From contig CBDURU010000013.1 of assembly GCA_965369865.1 (NCBI GenBank), positions 1 to 52,356 of the forward strand: a DNA stretch of 52,356 nucleotides. The letters are read 5' to 3'. The notes beneath the pieces are model-generated. The model did not search any database. It was not told where the DNA came from and was given only the letters and a program-made list of their open reading frames with translations. Origin of the DNA: an uncultured bacterium. GTDB lineage: Bacteria > JAJVIF01 > JAPKYR01. Below, piece after piece: positions 37,234 through 47,334 of this stretch. The position numbers were made by a program, and so were the translations under genes. Position 1 is the stretch's first letter, and each line of letters starts with the position of its first letter.

Positions 37234-38430
37234 TTACTTCGCCGGGAACTTCTCCACTATCACCTGCAAGTACTTTCTCAGCACATCTGGTTCTCGGGTA
37301 AGGCATACACGGAAGAAACCTTCGCCGGATTTTCCCCATCCCGAGCCGGGTCCGATCACCACTCCGGTCTCGTTGATTACCTCACCCACAAAATCGAAAC
37401 TCTTCTTCCCCTGCGGAGTTCTTGCCCAGACATAGAACGTGCCCTTTCCGTGGTAAACATCGTATCCGGCGCTTTCGAGGACTTCCTCTGCAACTTTCCG
37501 ACGTTCAGTATATTTTTTCCTTAGTTTTACAACGGAATCCGATGGCATATTCAACGCCCTGATCGCCGCCTTCTGAATGGGAAGGAATACACCGGAATCG
37601 ATATTGGATTTCACCCGTCCGAGAGCCTGGACGATATCCGCATTTCCAACCACCATGCCGATCCGCCATCCGGTCATGTTGCAGGACTTGGAGAGAGAGT
37701 TAAATTCAATCCCGACATCCATTGCGCCCTCTGCATTCAACAGGCTCGGAGGCGGTTCATCGGACTGATAAATTTCCGAGTATGGATTATCGTGCGCGAT
37801 TATGACACCGTACTTTTTCGCCCATTGAACGGCCTCATTGAAAAATTCGATCGGGGCTACAGCGCTTGTCGGGTTATTTGGATAGTTCATCCAGAGGAGT
37901 TTCGCGCGCTCGGCGATTTCATCCGGTATCGCGCCGAAATCGATAAGGAAACCGTTTTCCCTGAGAAGAGGGGCACTGAATTTTTCGGCGCCCGTAAACA
38001 CCGCGTTCATGGCATAAACGGGATATGACGGGTCGGGAACGATCACAACATCTTTTGGATTCAGCACCGCGAGGGCGAGATTGGCGATCCCTTCTTTCGA
38101 TCCTATCAATGTGAGCGCTTCGGTTTGCGGGTTGAGTTGCACACCGAAACGTCTCTGGTAGTAATCGGTAATCGCCTGGCGCATTTCATCGGTACCCCTG
38201 AAGGCGGGGTATTTCTGCATTTCGTTGATCCGGGCCTGTTTATAAAGCTCTTCAACAATTTCAGGCGGGGTGGGCTGGTCGGGGTCGCCGATCCCCAGAC
38301 TTACAATCTTGATACCCCTGGATTTTGCATCAGCTTTCATATCGTCGATAACCTGAAATAAATATGGGGGTACATTTTCAAGTCTTTCCGCAAGTTCGAA
38401 GCACCTGGATTTTGCGTTTGTATCAGACAT
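37234..38430 (-). CDS. dapL: LL-diaminopimelate aminotransferase (class I PLP)
   Basis: PPYLF, LGIGDPD, LIGSKEGI, NYPNNPT, SLSKSCNMTGWRIG and KSNIDSG motifs; adjacent to dapF. Confidence 0.85.
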   Translation of the reverse strand: MSDTNAKSRCFELAERLENVPPYLFQVIDDMKADAKSRGIKIVSLGIGDPDQPTPPEIVEELYKQARINEMQKYPAFRGTDEMRQAITDYYQRRFGVQLNPQTEALTLIGSKEGIANLALAVLNPKDVVIVPDPSYPVYAMNAVFTGAEKFSAPLLRENGFLIDFGAIPDEIAERAKLLWMNYPNNPTSAVAPIEFFNEAVQWAKKYGVIIAHDNPYSEIYQSDEPPPSLLNAEGAMDVGIEFNSLSKSCNMTGWRIGMVVGNADIVQALGRVKSNIDSGVFLPIQKAAIRALNMPSDSVVKLRKKYTERRKVAEEVLESAGYDVYHGKGTFYVWARTPQGKKSFDFVGEVINETGVVIGPGSGWGKSGEGFFRVCLTREPDVLRKYLQVIVEKFPAK

Positions 38431-38596
38431 AGTAAAACCTCACATCATCCCCAAATTTTAGAAATCAAGGGATTTATATTTAATATTTAACTGGTCAATT
38501 TTATTTTTAAAAACAATACACTCGATTTTTTTAAAATGAGGGAAGAGCATATTGAATGATTTTATCGGGGAAATCAAGTTAATTCAGCTATAAATC

Positions 38597-39517
38597 TCAA
38601 CAATCCTGCCATACACCACTGAACACTTTCACAGCCGGTCCATAGAGAGATACGACACCATCATTGGAATATTCTGTCACCAGCGATCCACCGGGGACAT
38701 CCACGCGAAGTTTATTGCCCGCGTTACCGGTAAGATGACATGCGGCCTGGATCGCGGCTACCCCACTGCCGCAGCTTAATGTGATACCTGCCCCGCGCTC
38801 CCATACGCGCATTTTTACATGGCCACGATTAACAACTTCGACAAACTCGACATTTATTCTCTCAGGGAAAAGCACGACATGGTTCTCGATCGCAGGACCC
38901 CAGTCGCGAAGCGGGATATCATCGACACTTCTAAAACCGGGAACATCGTCCATGAAAATGACCGCATGCGGGTTACCGAAATTTATCCCTGTGAATTTTA
39001 CCTTTACATCATGGCCGGGAATCTGAAGTTCCTCATTGATAACCGGGGAATTCCCATCGCCAGCGACAGGTATCTCAGTTCTGTTTGTCACGGGACTTCC
39101 CATCTCAAGCCTGATCCAGAAAGGCGCATCCTCAGCCCAGTCCGGGGATTTCAAAAATTCAAGCTCAATAATTCGTGTCGATGTCTCGATTTTTAATCTG
39201 GATTTTTCCCCGACCAGGCCATGCCCGGAAAGGTGCCCGCCGACACATCTCATCCCGTTTCCGCACATTTCCGCCTCGCTGCCATCGGGATTCCACATTC
39301 GCATTTTAAAATCCGCGGTATCGGACCGCCCAATCAGTATCAAACCGTCCGAACCGATTCCGAAATGCCTGTCGCACATTTTCCTTGCTAATTGAGGGAC
39401 ATCATTCGTGCAGTCAAGTGTTTCCCGTTCGGAGCAAATCACAAAATCGTTTCCCGTGCCGTGCCATTTTTCGAATTCTAGAGATATATGATCGCCTGCG
39501 TGCATATTCTGCCTCAT
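38597..39517 (-). CDS. dapF: Diaminopimelate epimerase
   Basis: KWHGTGNDF, NPDGSEAEMCGNG.RC, GNPHAV and RVWERGAG.TLSCGSG motifs. Confidence 0.96.
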   Translation of the reverse strand: MRQNMHAGDHISLEFEKWHGTGNDFVICSERETLDCTNDVPQLARKMCDRHFGIGSDGLILIGRSDTADFKMRMWNPDGSEAEMCGNGMRCVGGHLSGHGLVGEKSRLKIETSTRIIELEFLKSPDWAEDAPFWIRLEMGSPVTNRTEIPVAGDGNSPVINEELQIPGHDVKVKFTGINFGNPHAVIFMDDVPGFRSVDDIPLRDWGPAIENHVVLFPERINVEFVEVVNRGHVKMRVWERGAGITLSCGSGVAAIQAACHLTGNAGNKLRVDVPGGSLVTEYSNDGVVSLYGPAVKVFSGVWQDC

Positions 39518-39531
39518 GTGTTAATGGTTAT

Positions 39532-40494
39532 CTATATACCTGCCGCTTTCTGTCTGACCAATTTGAGTATGTGATCGGAAATTACATCCGGATCGAAACC
39601 CTCGTCGATCTCGATCCAGGTGATTCCGGGGATCTTGCGGGTAAATGTCATCTGGCGCTTCGCGAACCTTCGAGTGTCCTGCCTTATTCTCTCAATTGCT
39701 TCGTCCATGGCTGTTTCGCCCTTGACCAGCAAGACAATATCGCGATAACCAAGGCCGGTCAAAGGTTTCTCGTCCCCGGCGAAGCCCATCGACAGCAAAT
39801 TCCCGACCTCATTCTCCCAGCCTGAATCGATCATATCCTGTACTCTCTGGTTTATCCTCTTGTACAGCAATTCCCGGTCCATTTTGAGCCCGACGATGAC
39901 CCAGTCCCAGGGATTTTCTTCGCTGCCCTTCTCACGATCGAGCTTCACTGAGTCTGAGAATTTGACGCCTGTAGACCTGATAACCTCGATCGCCCTGACC
40001 AGCCGGGGGATATTATGCGGGTGGATTTTCTCAGCCGCGCCAGGGTCGATCTCCGCAAGTTCATCGTGTACCGCATGTGATCCCTTTTCTTCGATCTCCT
40101 TAAGGATCCGCTCTCTCAGTTCAGGAACCGGCGGTTGATGCTGAAATGACGGGTTATCGACAAGCGCCCGGATATAAAGGCCGGTCCCGCCAACGATGAG
40201 AGCTTCTTTACCGAACGCATGGATTTCATTGATTTTCCTGTACGCGAGTTCCTTGAAATCGGCTACTGTAAAATCATCCCCAGGGGACACAAGGTTTATC
40301 ATGTGATGAGGTATCCCGCCCATTTCCTCGATTGTTGGCTTGGCTGTACCGATATCGAGATGTTTATAGACAAGGCGGGAATCGGCGGAGATAATCTCTG
40401 CATTCAGTTTACTCGCAAGCGGGACGCTGACCGCGGTTTTCCCGACCGCGGTGGGTCCGAGAAGAATGGGGATTTTCCGTTTACGCATTTTCAT
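39532..40494 (-). CDS. miaA: tRNA dimethylallyltransferase
   Basis: GPTAVGKT, EIISADS, DIGTAKP, VGGTGLY and TRRFAKRQ.T motifs. Exact start uncertain (40494 or 40488). Confidence 0.95.
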   Translation of the reverse strand: MKMRKRKIPILLGPTAVGKTAVSVPLASKLNAEIISADSRLVYKHLDIGTAKPTIEEMGGIPHHMINLVSPGDDFTVADFKELAYRKINEIHAFGKEALIVGGTGLYIRALVDNPSFQHQPPVPELRERILKEIEEKGSHAVHDELAEIDPGAAEKIHPHNIPRLVRAIEVIRSTGVKFSDSVKLDREKGSEENPWDWVIVGLKMDRELLYKRINQRVQDMIDSGWENEVGNLLSMGFAGDEKPLTGLGYRDIVLLVKGETAMDEAIERIRQDTRRFAKRQMTFTRKIPGITWIEIDEGFDPDVISDHILKLVRQKAAGI

Positions 40495-40586
40495 TGAGAT
40501 TTGCGATGCCAAGTTTACCATGATTACATGACCCTGACTTGCCTGGTAATGGATCATTCAGGAAACAGGCTGGGATATTTTACCGC

Positions 40587-40608
40587 GATAGCTGGAAGCT
40601 GACGACAC
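40587..40608 (-). repeat. Third copy of the REP-like element seen at 31706
   Basis: Reverse complement GTGTCGTCAGCTTCCAGCTATC versus GTGCCGTTAGCTTCCAGCTATC (2 differences). Confidence 0.7.
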
Positions 40609-40638
40609 ACAATTATTGAATCAGACTTGATGTCCCGA

Positions 40639-40668
40639 TTGACTTATCAAGCGACATAGTCCTATAAT
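40639..40668 (+). promoter_or_regulatory. sigma70 promoter for secDF
   Basis: TTGACT-N18-TATAAT. Confidence 0.6.
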
Positions 40669-40787
40669 TCACGATTGCCCTCAAGCCGGGTCGATTAAAT
40701 GTGCCCGGTTTCAGGGGTATTGTATGCCTATGCAAATAATGCATGCGCATATTGGGGGAACACTTAAATCGGAGGTTCGGCCGTCTT

Positions 40788-42656
40788 ATGAGCGCCGAAA
40801 AACGTAGACAAAACTGGATTTTAGTGATTGCAGTCCTGATTCTTGCTGTTTCCGTGCCAATCTACAAGACCTACCTTGGTGAGCCGGCGGTAAAACAGGG
40901 AATCGACCTCGTGGGTGGTGTCGACCTTCTCCTGCAGGCTCAGGTGCCGGAAGGGGAAGAAAAACTAACGTCTGACATGTTAGCCGGCGCAATCGATATT
41001 CTGCGAAACCGACTCGATCCTGAAGGTGTAAAGGAAATTATCCTCCAGAAAATGGGCGATGACCGTATTGTTGTCCAGATTCCGGGAGAGGATGACCCCG
41101 AGAGAATTAAGGACATGATTGGTGCTACCGCCAGCCTGAAATTTATCGACGCCGGCAACGATCCGATACAAGCGGGTACAAGGATTCGTTATCTCGATCC
41201 TGAAACCGGTGAGCCTGAAGATGGTTCAGCCAGTATGGAAACTGAGGAAGTAGAGGTGGAGGAGACTCCGGAACCGGAAGATTCCGTGGCGGTTTCATAC
41301 GTGATGCAGGACCAGATCACGATAAGCTCCGATTCACTGGTCGGCTTGTCGATCCCACCGGCTGAACCAACGGACATAAATTCCGAAACACAGCCGGATA
41401 CCGGACCGGGCGGAATTATTGTTGAAGTTGCAGGTATCCCGGCAGGCCTGGAACTTGGTGCAAAATCAAGCCGGAACATAGGTGGTTACCTGGTTCTGAC
41501 ACTGGATGACATAGTTATCGCGCAGCATGAAATTATCGAAGGCATTACTGATAACAAGATTCTTTTTCCCGATCTTGGAAACGAACCGGATTTCGATCTC
41601 GCTGAATTCAGCGGCGGCATTAATCAAATGAAGATTGTTGGGTTCAACGCTCCCCCACCGGCATTGGGTACGAAAATAGAAGTTTTCAATCCGATGGGAC
41701 AGGATGCCGAGGCGGAACCGGAAGAAACGACCGACGCGCTTTGGATCGATGTCACCATGGATAAAGTCATCCTGACAGGTGACGATTTCGCGGACGCCGA
41801 GGTCACGTTCGATCAAATTGGACAACCGATTATCAGTTTTGAATTTAAAGACAGCGGCAGGACAATATTCGGCAGATTCACCGCCCAGCATGTCCAGCAG
41901 TTTCTTGCGATCGCTCTCGATGACACAATAATCTCATGCCCGGTAATTCGAGAACCCATTCTTAACGGGCGCGGCATAATCCAGGGATCATTTACTCCCC
42001 AGGAAGCCAAGGACCTGGTTGTCAAGCTGGATTCCGGACGTCTACCGGTCAATCTCGAGGTTATTGAAAACAGAACCGTCGGACCAACCCTCGGACAGAA
42101 ATCAATCGATGACAGTAAAAGTGCCGCCCTGCTCGGGGCAGCCCTTATTTTATTATTTATGGCCCTGTACTACCGGTTACCGGGAGTCCTGGCCGATATC
42201 GCTCTCATCTATTACGTAACAGTATTTTTCGGAGCACTGTCGGTTTTGAACGCGACCCTTACACTACCTGGAATCGCGGGATTTATCCTGTCGATCGGTA
42301 TGGCGGTCGACGCAAATGTGATTATTTTTGAACGATTGAAGGAAGAGCTTAAAACCGGAAAAACATTCCGTTCAGCCACTGATACAGCCTTCAAGCGAGC
42401 TTTCCTCGCGATTTTCGACGCAAACGTAACCACCCTGATTACAGCACTGGTCCTGTATAACCTTGGAACCGGTCCGATCAGGGGATTCGCGGTTACATTG
42501 AGTCTCGGAATCCTCGTCTCGATGTTCTCAGCGCTTGTTTTCACAAGGGTTCTGGTGGAAACAGCTCTGAATTACAAAACACTGCAAAAATACCACATGT
42601 TCGGAATCAGGGAAAAGGATGTTGCAACAGTCTCATCCGGGGGTGATGCAAAATGA
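40788..42656 (+). CDS. secD: Protein translocase subunit SecD
   Basis: GIDLVGG, RIVVQIPG, VGPTLG, LTLPGIAG..GMAVDANVIIFER and IFDANVTT motifs. Start after GGAGG. Confidence 0.95.
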   Translation: MSAEKRRQNWILVIAVLILAVSVPIYKTYLGEPAVKQGIDLVGGVDLLLQAQVPEGEEKLTSDMLAGAIDILRNRLDPEGVKEIILQKMGDDRIVVQIPGEDDPERIKDMIGATASLKFIDAGNDPIQAGTRIRYLDPETGEPEDGSASMETEEVEVEETPEPEDSVAVSYVMQDQITISSDSLVGLSIPPAEPTDINSETQPDTGPGGIIVEVAGIPAGLELGAKSSRNIGGYLVLTLDDIVIAQHEIIEGITDNKILFPDLGNEPDFDLAEFSGGINQMKIVGFNAPPPALGTKIEVFNPMGQDAEAEPEETTDALWIDVTMDKVILTGDDFADAEVTFDQIGQPIISFEFKDSGRTIFGRFTAQHVQQFLAIALDDTIISCPVIREPILNGRGIIQGSFTPQEAKDLVVKLDSGRLPVNLEVIENRTVGPTLGQKSIDDSKSAALLGAALILLFMALYYRLPGVLADIALIYYVTVFFGALSVLNATLTLPGIAGFILSIGMAVDANVIIFERLKEELKTGKTFRSATDTAFKRAFLAIFDANVTTLITALVLYNLGTGPIRGFAVTLSLGILVSMFSALVFTRVLVETALNYKTLQKYHMFGIREKDVATVSSGGDAK

Positions 42657-43801
42657 TGGATTTCAGCAGAAGTAAATTTGATATTATCGGCAAGGCAAAG
42701 CTCTGGTACACCATCAGCATCGTCGTGATCGTCCTCGGCATCGTCGGTATTGTAAAAAATATTGCGACCGAAGGATTCCCCCTTATTCGAGGCATCGATT
42801 TCACCGGTGGAAGCATTCTACAACTCGAGTTCGATAACTGGGACACTTCAAAGGACACCGCGATTTTCGGGCATGATATTCAGCTCCTTGTCGACTCATA
42901 CACCGAAAAATCCACCCAGGTCCAGACCACCCTGTTGACAGCCGAAGAATCCGATACCGGAAATCCGGCTGTTATCGTACATATACGCGCTGATTCAACC
43001 CTGCTTGAAAATCCCGAGGAAGCTTCGGGGCTTTACGACGAAATTCGATCGTACGGCGGCGACTATACGATCCTCGAGGAAACCGAGGTTGGCGCGGTTA
43101 TCGGTAAGGAACTGACTACAAAGGCGTTGATCGGGATCCTGGTGGGTCTACTCGGGATTCTGGCTTACATTACAATTCGGTTGTCGTTCGACTTCGCTGT
43201 TTTCGCGGTAGTGGCGCTGTTCCACGATGTAATTATCCTGATCGGTGTATATGCACTTCTTGGGTTCGAGATCAACTCGCCGTTCGTCGCCGTTCTCCTT
43301 ACTGTTCTGGGGTATTCAATAAACGATACGATTGTCATCTATGACAGGATTCGGGAGAATATGAAGGTTAAAAGGCATCTGCCGTTCGACCGTCTCGTGA
43401 ACCAGAGCCTGCTCGAAACCATGGCGAGGTCCATTAACACATCCTTTACCACACTTCTCGTAATTTTGGCTTTGTTGATTTTCGGCGGGATCAGCCTTCG
43501 CACTTTCATGGTCGGACTTGGGGTGGGGGTCCTCACCGGGACTTATTCAAGTATTTTCGTGGCTAGTATCCTCCTAGTAAGCTGGCGTCTGCGCGGTAAA
43601 CGTCTGACTGTAATTGCTGATGAGATCGGTGGGGGCGCCACCGGGATTATTTTAGAGGATGACGAGGAAGAGTTGATCGGTTTCGCGGATAAGGACAAGG
43701 TCGAGGAATCCGAGGCAGTCGAGCAGATTACAGTTACACAACCTCAAACGAAGCCAAAACCAAAAAAGTCGAAGCAGAAACGGAGAAGACGGCGGCATTA
43801 G
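42653..43801 (+). CDS. secF: Protein translocase subunit SecF
   Basis: GIDFTGG, ALFHDV, GYSINDTIVIYDRIRE and GTYSSIFVA motifs. Confidence 0.96.
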   Translation: MMDFSRSKFDIIGKAKLWYTISIVVIVLGIVGIVKNIATEGFPLIRGIDFTGGSILQLEFDNWDTSKDTAIFGHDIQLLVDSYTEKSTQVQTTLLTAEESDTGNPAVIVHIRADSTLLENPEEASGLYDEIRSYGGDYTILEETEVGAVIGKELTTKALIGILVGLLGILAYITIRLSFDFAVFAVVALFHDVIILIGVYALLGFEINSPFVAVLLTVLGYSINDTIVIYDRIRENMKVKRHLPFDRLVNQSLLETMARSINTSFTTLLVILALLIFGGISLRTFMVGLGVGVLTGTYSSIFVASILLVSWRLRGKRLTVIADEIGGGATGIILEDDEEELIGFADKDKVEESEAVEQITVTQPQTKPKPKKSKQKRRRRRH

Positions 43802-43837
43802 GATACCCTGAAAAGAGTTTTTTGAAATTGAAATTTA

Positions 43838-43866
43838 AGGTGCCGAATATATTGGCGGCTTTTTTT
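43838..43866 (+). terminator. Probable terminator after secF
   Basis: GCCGA/TTGGC stem followed by a T run. Confidence 0.5.
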
Positions 43867-43987
43867 ATAGACCCTTATATCCTTACTCCCGGTCGGGGAT
43901 ATAAGGATGTTTATATATAATGCGGAAAATCCCTCCTGATTGGTTGTTATCTAACTTAATGTTCTCGATATTAAATATGACGAGGCC

Positions 43988-44695
43988 TTGATAACCATGG
44001 CGGATCTCAACCGGCTTAGATCATATTTCAAACCCAAAATCGGCGATTTCGCCCGGTTCCGACGGTATTTTTCCACCGGGCTTTTTGTCCTGCTCCCGAT
44101 CGGTGCCACCGTAGCGGTTATTTTCTGGCTCCTGGACCTGCTCAATAAAACTTTTCTTCAACGCATCCTTAATTCCGCCACTATCGAAGCGCTGAATATC
44201 CAGATTCCCGAGATTTTAAAGCCATGGGTCCTGGGAATAATTGGCCTTCTTATCGTCATTATCCTGGTGGCCGGACTTGGAATGCTTGCGACAAATGTTG
44301 TCGGACGGGTCTTCATTGGCTGGATAGATGTAATTTTGAAAAAAGTCCCGTTTGTTAGTACGATCTACAGCTTCGTGCAGGGTCTCGCCGACAACCTCCA
44401 GGTCATGAAAGCAGGCACATTCAAGAAAGTGGTCCTGATTGAGTATCCAAGGAATGGGATTTTCAGCCTCGGATTTGTCTCGGGAGACCTGGAGGGTAAA
44501 ATAAAGGACTCGGCAGGGGATGAAAAAATTGCCGTATTTGTGCCCACGAGCCCGAATCCTACCAGTGGCTTTATCGTTGTTATCGACTCCAACCAGGCTG
44601 TCCCGCTTGACATAACTCCTGAGGAAGGCCTAAAATTCATAGTGTCCGGAGGTGTATTAATGCCTGGAACCGGTAAAAATACCGGGTCCGCATGA
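43988..44695 (+). CDS. DUF502-family membrane protein
   Basis: GLFVLLPI.AT, KVPFVSTIY, VVLIEYPRNG and VFVPTSPNPTSGF motifs. Confidence 0.88.
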   Translation: MITMADLNRLRSYFKPKIGDFARFRRYFSTGLFVLLPIGATVAVIFWLLDLLNKTFLQRILNSATIEALNIQIPEILKPWVLGIIGLLIVIILVAGLGMLATNVVGRVFIGWIDVILKKVPFVSTIYSFVQGLADNLQVMKAGTFKKVVLIEYPRNGIFSLGFVSGDLEGKIKDSAGDEKIAVFVPTSPNPTSGFIVVIDSNQAVPLDITPEEGLKFIVSGGVLMPGTGKNTGSA

Positions 44696-45648
44696 GCTTA
44701 CCGGATTCTGGATCGGTTATCGGACCCCCGGTAAGTCCCCTGGGTTTTTTAATTATGCCGCTTAATCACCGTTTCGATACTATGCTTTTCCAAACCCCGT
44801 CGCAGACCCTGAAACGCCTGTTCGCGTACCTGCGCAACCACGGAGGAGCATTAACGGGATCACAGGCGGTCAAAAGAGCTTTGAACCTCCGCGGCAAACC
44901 TAAAGAATTCTATGCAACTCTCAGCAAGGTGCTGTTCGGCCAGATTCCTGGTACGTTCGAGAAGCTCAGCGATGACGAGTACTGCGTTCGTCCCCTGGAC
45001 CAGTTCAATATTCCACTCGGAAAAAGCACCTTTGCCGTTGTGGATATTGAAACCACCGGTGGTAAACCACCCCAGGAAAGGGTTACTGAAATCGCCGCCC
45101 TCAGGATCGATGGTAAAGGACGGGAACTCTCACAATTTTCCACCCTCGTCAACCCGCGCAAGAAAATTCCGCCCTATGTTGTCCGTCACACGAAAATATC
45201 CGATTCGATGGTGAAATCAGCTCCATCGATCGACGAAGTGATGCCCCAGTTGATGACCTTTCTTGAGGGGAATATCCTGGTGGTGCACGATTCATTCGCA
45301 GACATGCAGTTTCTCGATTATGATTGCGACCGGCTGTACAACGGCTTACTCGCTTTACCGCTCTTGAACACCCAGCATCTTGCCGAAAGATTCTGTCCGG
45401 GACTTGGCGGACTTGGTCTCAGCAGGATAGCGGAATACCTTGACATTGCCATTGGAGAACGGCACCGGGCGCTTGTCGACGCTAAACTGACCGTTTGTGT
45501 GCTCACTCATTTCCTGACGAAATTGAACGATCTGACTATTTATGATGTCTATCTGAATAACACCCCGGAATCGAGTTACATCCGTCCGGGACCCACTATC
45601 AACGGAAACAATAACACCAATAATATACTTTCATCCAAAAAATCCTGA
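44692..45648 (+). CDS. DEDDh 3'-5' exonuclease (DnaQ/epsilon-like) with N-terminal extension
   Basis: VVDIETTG (ExoI), VVHDSFAD (ExoII variant), HRALVDA (ExoIII). Start uncertain. Confidence 0.85.
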   Translation: MSLPDSGSVIGPPVSPLGFLIMPLNHRFDTMLFQTPSQTLKRLFAYLRNHGGALTGSQAVKRALNLRGKPKEFYATLSKVLFGQIPGTFEKLSDDEYCVRPLDQFNIPLGKSTFAVVDIETTGGKPPQERVTEIAALRIDGKGRELSQFSTLVNPRKKIPPYVVRHTKISDSMVKSAPSIDEVMPQLMTFLEGNILVVHDSFADMQFLDYDCDRLYNGLLALPLLNTQHLAERFCPGLGGLGLSRIAEYLDIAIGERHRALVDAKLTVCVLTHFLTKLNDLTIYDVYLNNTPESSYIRPGPTINGNNNTNNILSSKKS

Positions 45649-45680
45649 GCCGTCCATTATGGACGGAGGGTATTTTTGAA

Positions 45681-47198
45681 ATGCGAAACGATTCCATCAT
45701 TCCCATCCTGGCATTATTCCTCATTGTATTAGTTTCAACAGGTTGTCAAGGAAATCCGGCTACTGGCGGTACAACCAGCCACCTGATGATTAATTACACC
45801 GCTGAGAACGGGGGTTCTTTGTTTCCATGTGGTTGCCGTATTCCACTCGGGGGTCTGTCGCGGCGCGGGGGTATTATCAACAGCGAATCCCCCTACACTC
45901 AATTTACCGTCGACGCAGGCAGCTTCTCGGGCGGAAATACCGGCTACGATCGTTTCACCGCCGGCTGGATCCTTCAAAGCTATATTTTGATTGGCTACGA
46001 TGTTGTGAACCTTGGAATCAGGGAAACCGTGATCCCCGTTAGCCAGCTCAGGGATTGGGATGGGATTACACAGGGGATGCTGATCTCAGCCAACCTCCAT
46101 GACGAGTACGATATGCCTGTCACCCGTCGATCACTTGTTAGAGAAGTGGGTGGTATCAGGATTGGAGTAACCGGAATAACATCGGAAGGACGTCACCCTC
46201 CGGGGGCAACTGAAATCCCGATTGTGATCGATCCTGTCGCACCCCTCATGGAGGTCCTTTCCGAATTTGATGAAGACGATGTAGATCTGGTGATTCTCCT
46301 TGCGGATATGCAGGATGACGATCTGAATAACGTACTCTCTCAGGTGCCGGGTTTCGATCTTGTTATCCAGGGTAGAGATTTCAAAGCCGATGATACTCCC
46401 TCATCCACGGTTCTCGCTGATGGCGCCAGGATTGTAAAAATCGGGGGATTCGGTAAATACCTTGGACGGATTCGGCTCGATCTGAACGAACAGATCGAGA
46501 TTGCCGGGGATGAGGTAATCCAGGTTTCGATTGAAACCACTTTACCGGCGATGTCGGAAATCACAGAGCTTTTGACACAATTCAGGATCGAATTGCGGGA
46601 TAAACGGATTGAATTTCTTGGGGATCCGTCCAACCCGTTCCAGCGTTCCCAGTCTCCCGAAATGGTGGATATCCTTTCAGGGTACACAGGCCCGGGATTC
46701 TGCGTTTCCTGCCACCGGTTGTATGGATTCGAAACAAAAGTGACCGGGCATTCCACCGCATGGAATATTCTTGACGATATGAATAAAACCAACCCGGAAT
46801 GCCTGCAATGTCACACGACCGGATACGGTGTGCCAACCGGATTGGCTGATCCGTACAGAGATTCTCACCTTCAAGGGGTGACGTGCGAGGCATGTCATGG
46901 CCCTGCCGCTGAACATGTCAGGGAACGGACGTCGATTGATAATGAAATCGATCCCTCATCCATGATTCCTTATGTCGACTCCACGGGCATTCCTTTCACA
47001 AGAGAGGTCCAGGCCGACGTGTGCCTTGCGTGCCATACGGAAGAATGGAGCCCTGAATTCGATTATGAAACATGGGTGGTGAGGGTCAGGCATGAAACAT
47101 CCGCAGAAACCATCCAGATAATTGATGAAGAAACCAGTTGGAGCTTTTTCATTGAGCGTAATGGTGATGAAAATGAAACAGGTTCGGACCCGGAGTGA
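45681..47198 (+). CDS. Lipoprotein: UshA/5'-nucleotidase-like domain fused to a tetraheme cytochrome c (c554-like)
   Basis: TGC lipobox; PCGC..LGGLSRR, VDAG, GYDVVNLG.RE, ISANL; four CxxCH motifs (CVSCH, CLQCH, CEACH, CLACH). Confidence 0.85.
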   Translation: MRNDSIIPILALFLIVLVSTGCQGNPATGGTTSHLMINYTAENGGSLFPCGCRIPLGGLSRRGGIINSESPYTQFTVDAGSFSGGNTGYDRFTAGWILQSYILIGYDVVNLGIRETVIPVSQLRDWDGITQGMLISANLHDEYDMPVTRRSLVREVGGIRIGVTGITSEGRHPPGATEIPIVIDPVAPLMEVLSEFDEDDVDLVILLADMQDDDLNNVLSQVPGFDLVIQGRDFKADDTPSSTVLADGARIVKIGGFGKYLGRIRLDLNEQIEIAGDEVIQVSIETTLPAMSEITELLTQFRIELRDKRIEFLGDPSNPFQRSQSPEMVDILSGYTGPGFCVSCHRLYGFETKVTGHSTAWNILDDMNKTNPECLQCHTTGYGVPTGLADPYRDSHLQGVTCEACHGPAAEHVRERTSIDNEIDPSSMIPYVDSTGIPFTREVQADVCLACHTEEWSPEFDYETWVVRVRHETSAETIQIIDEETSWSFFIERNGDENETGSDPE

Positions 47199-47334
47199 AA
47201 ATCCACTGGTAACGGTTACCTGCAACTAGATATTTCAATACCGCTGTTCCCTCTCTAAGACCAATTAATGATATACTTCCAGGTTGCCCGGAGATTTACC
47301 GGGCGATATTTATCTGGTAACGGAGCCAATCGAA

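Noticed and set aside
45828..45836. Selenoprotein
   Set aside because: Both Cys of the CGC motif are TGT/TGC; there is no in-frame TGA.
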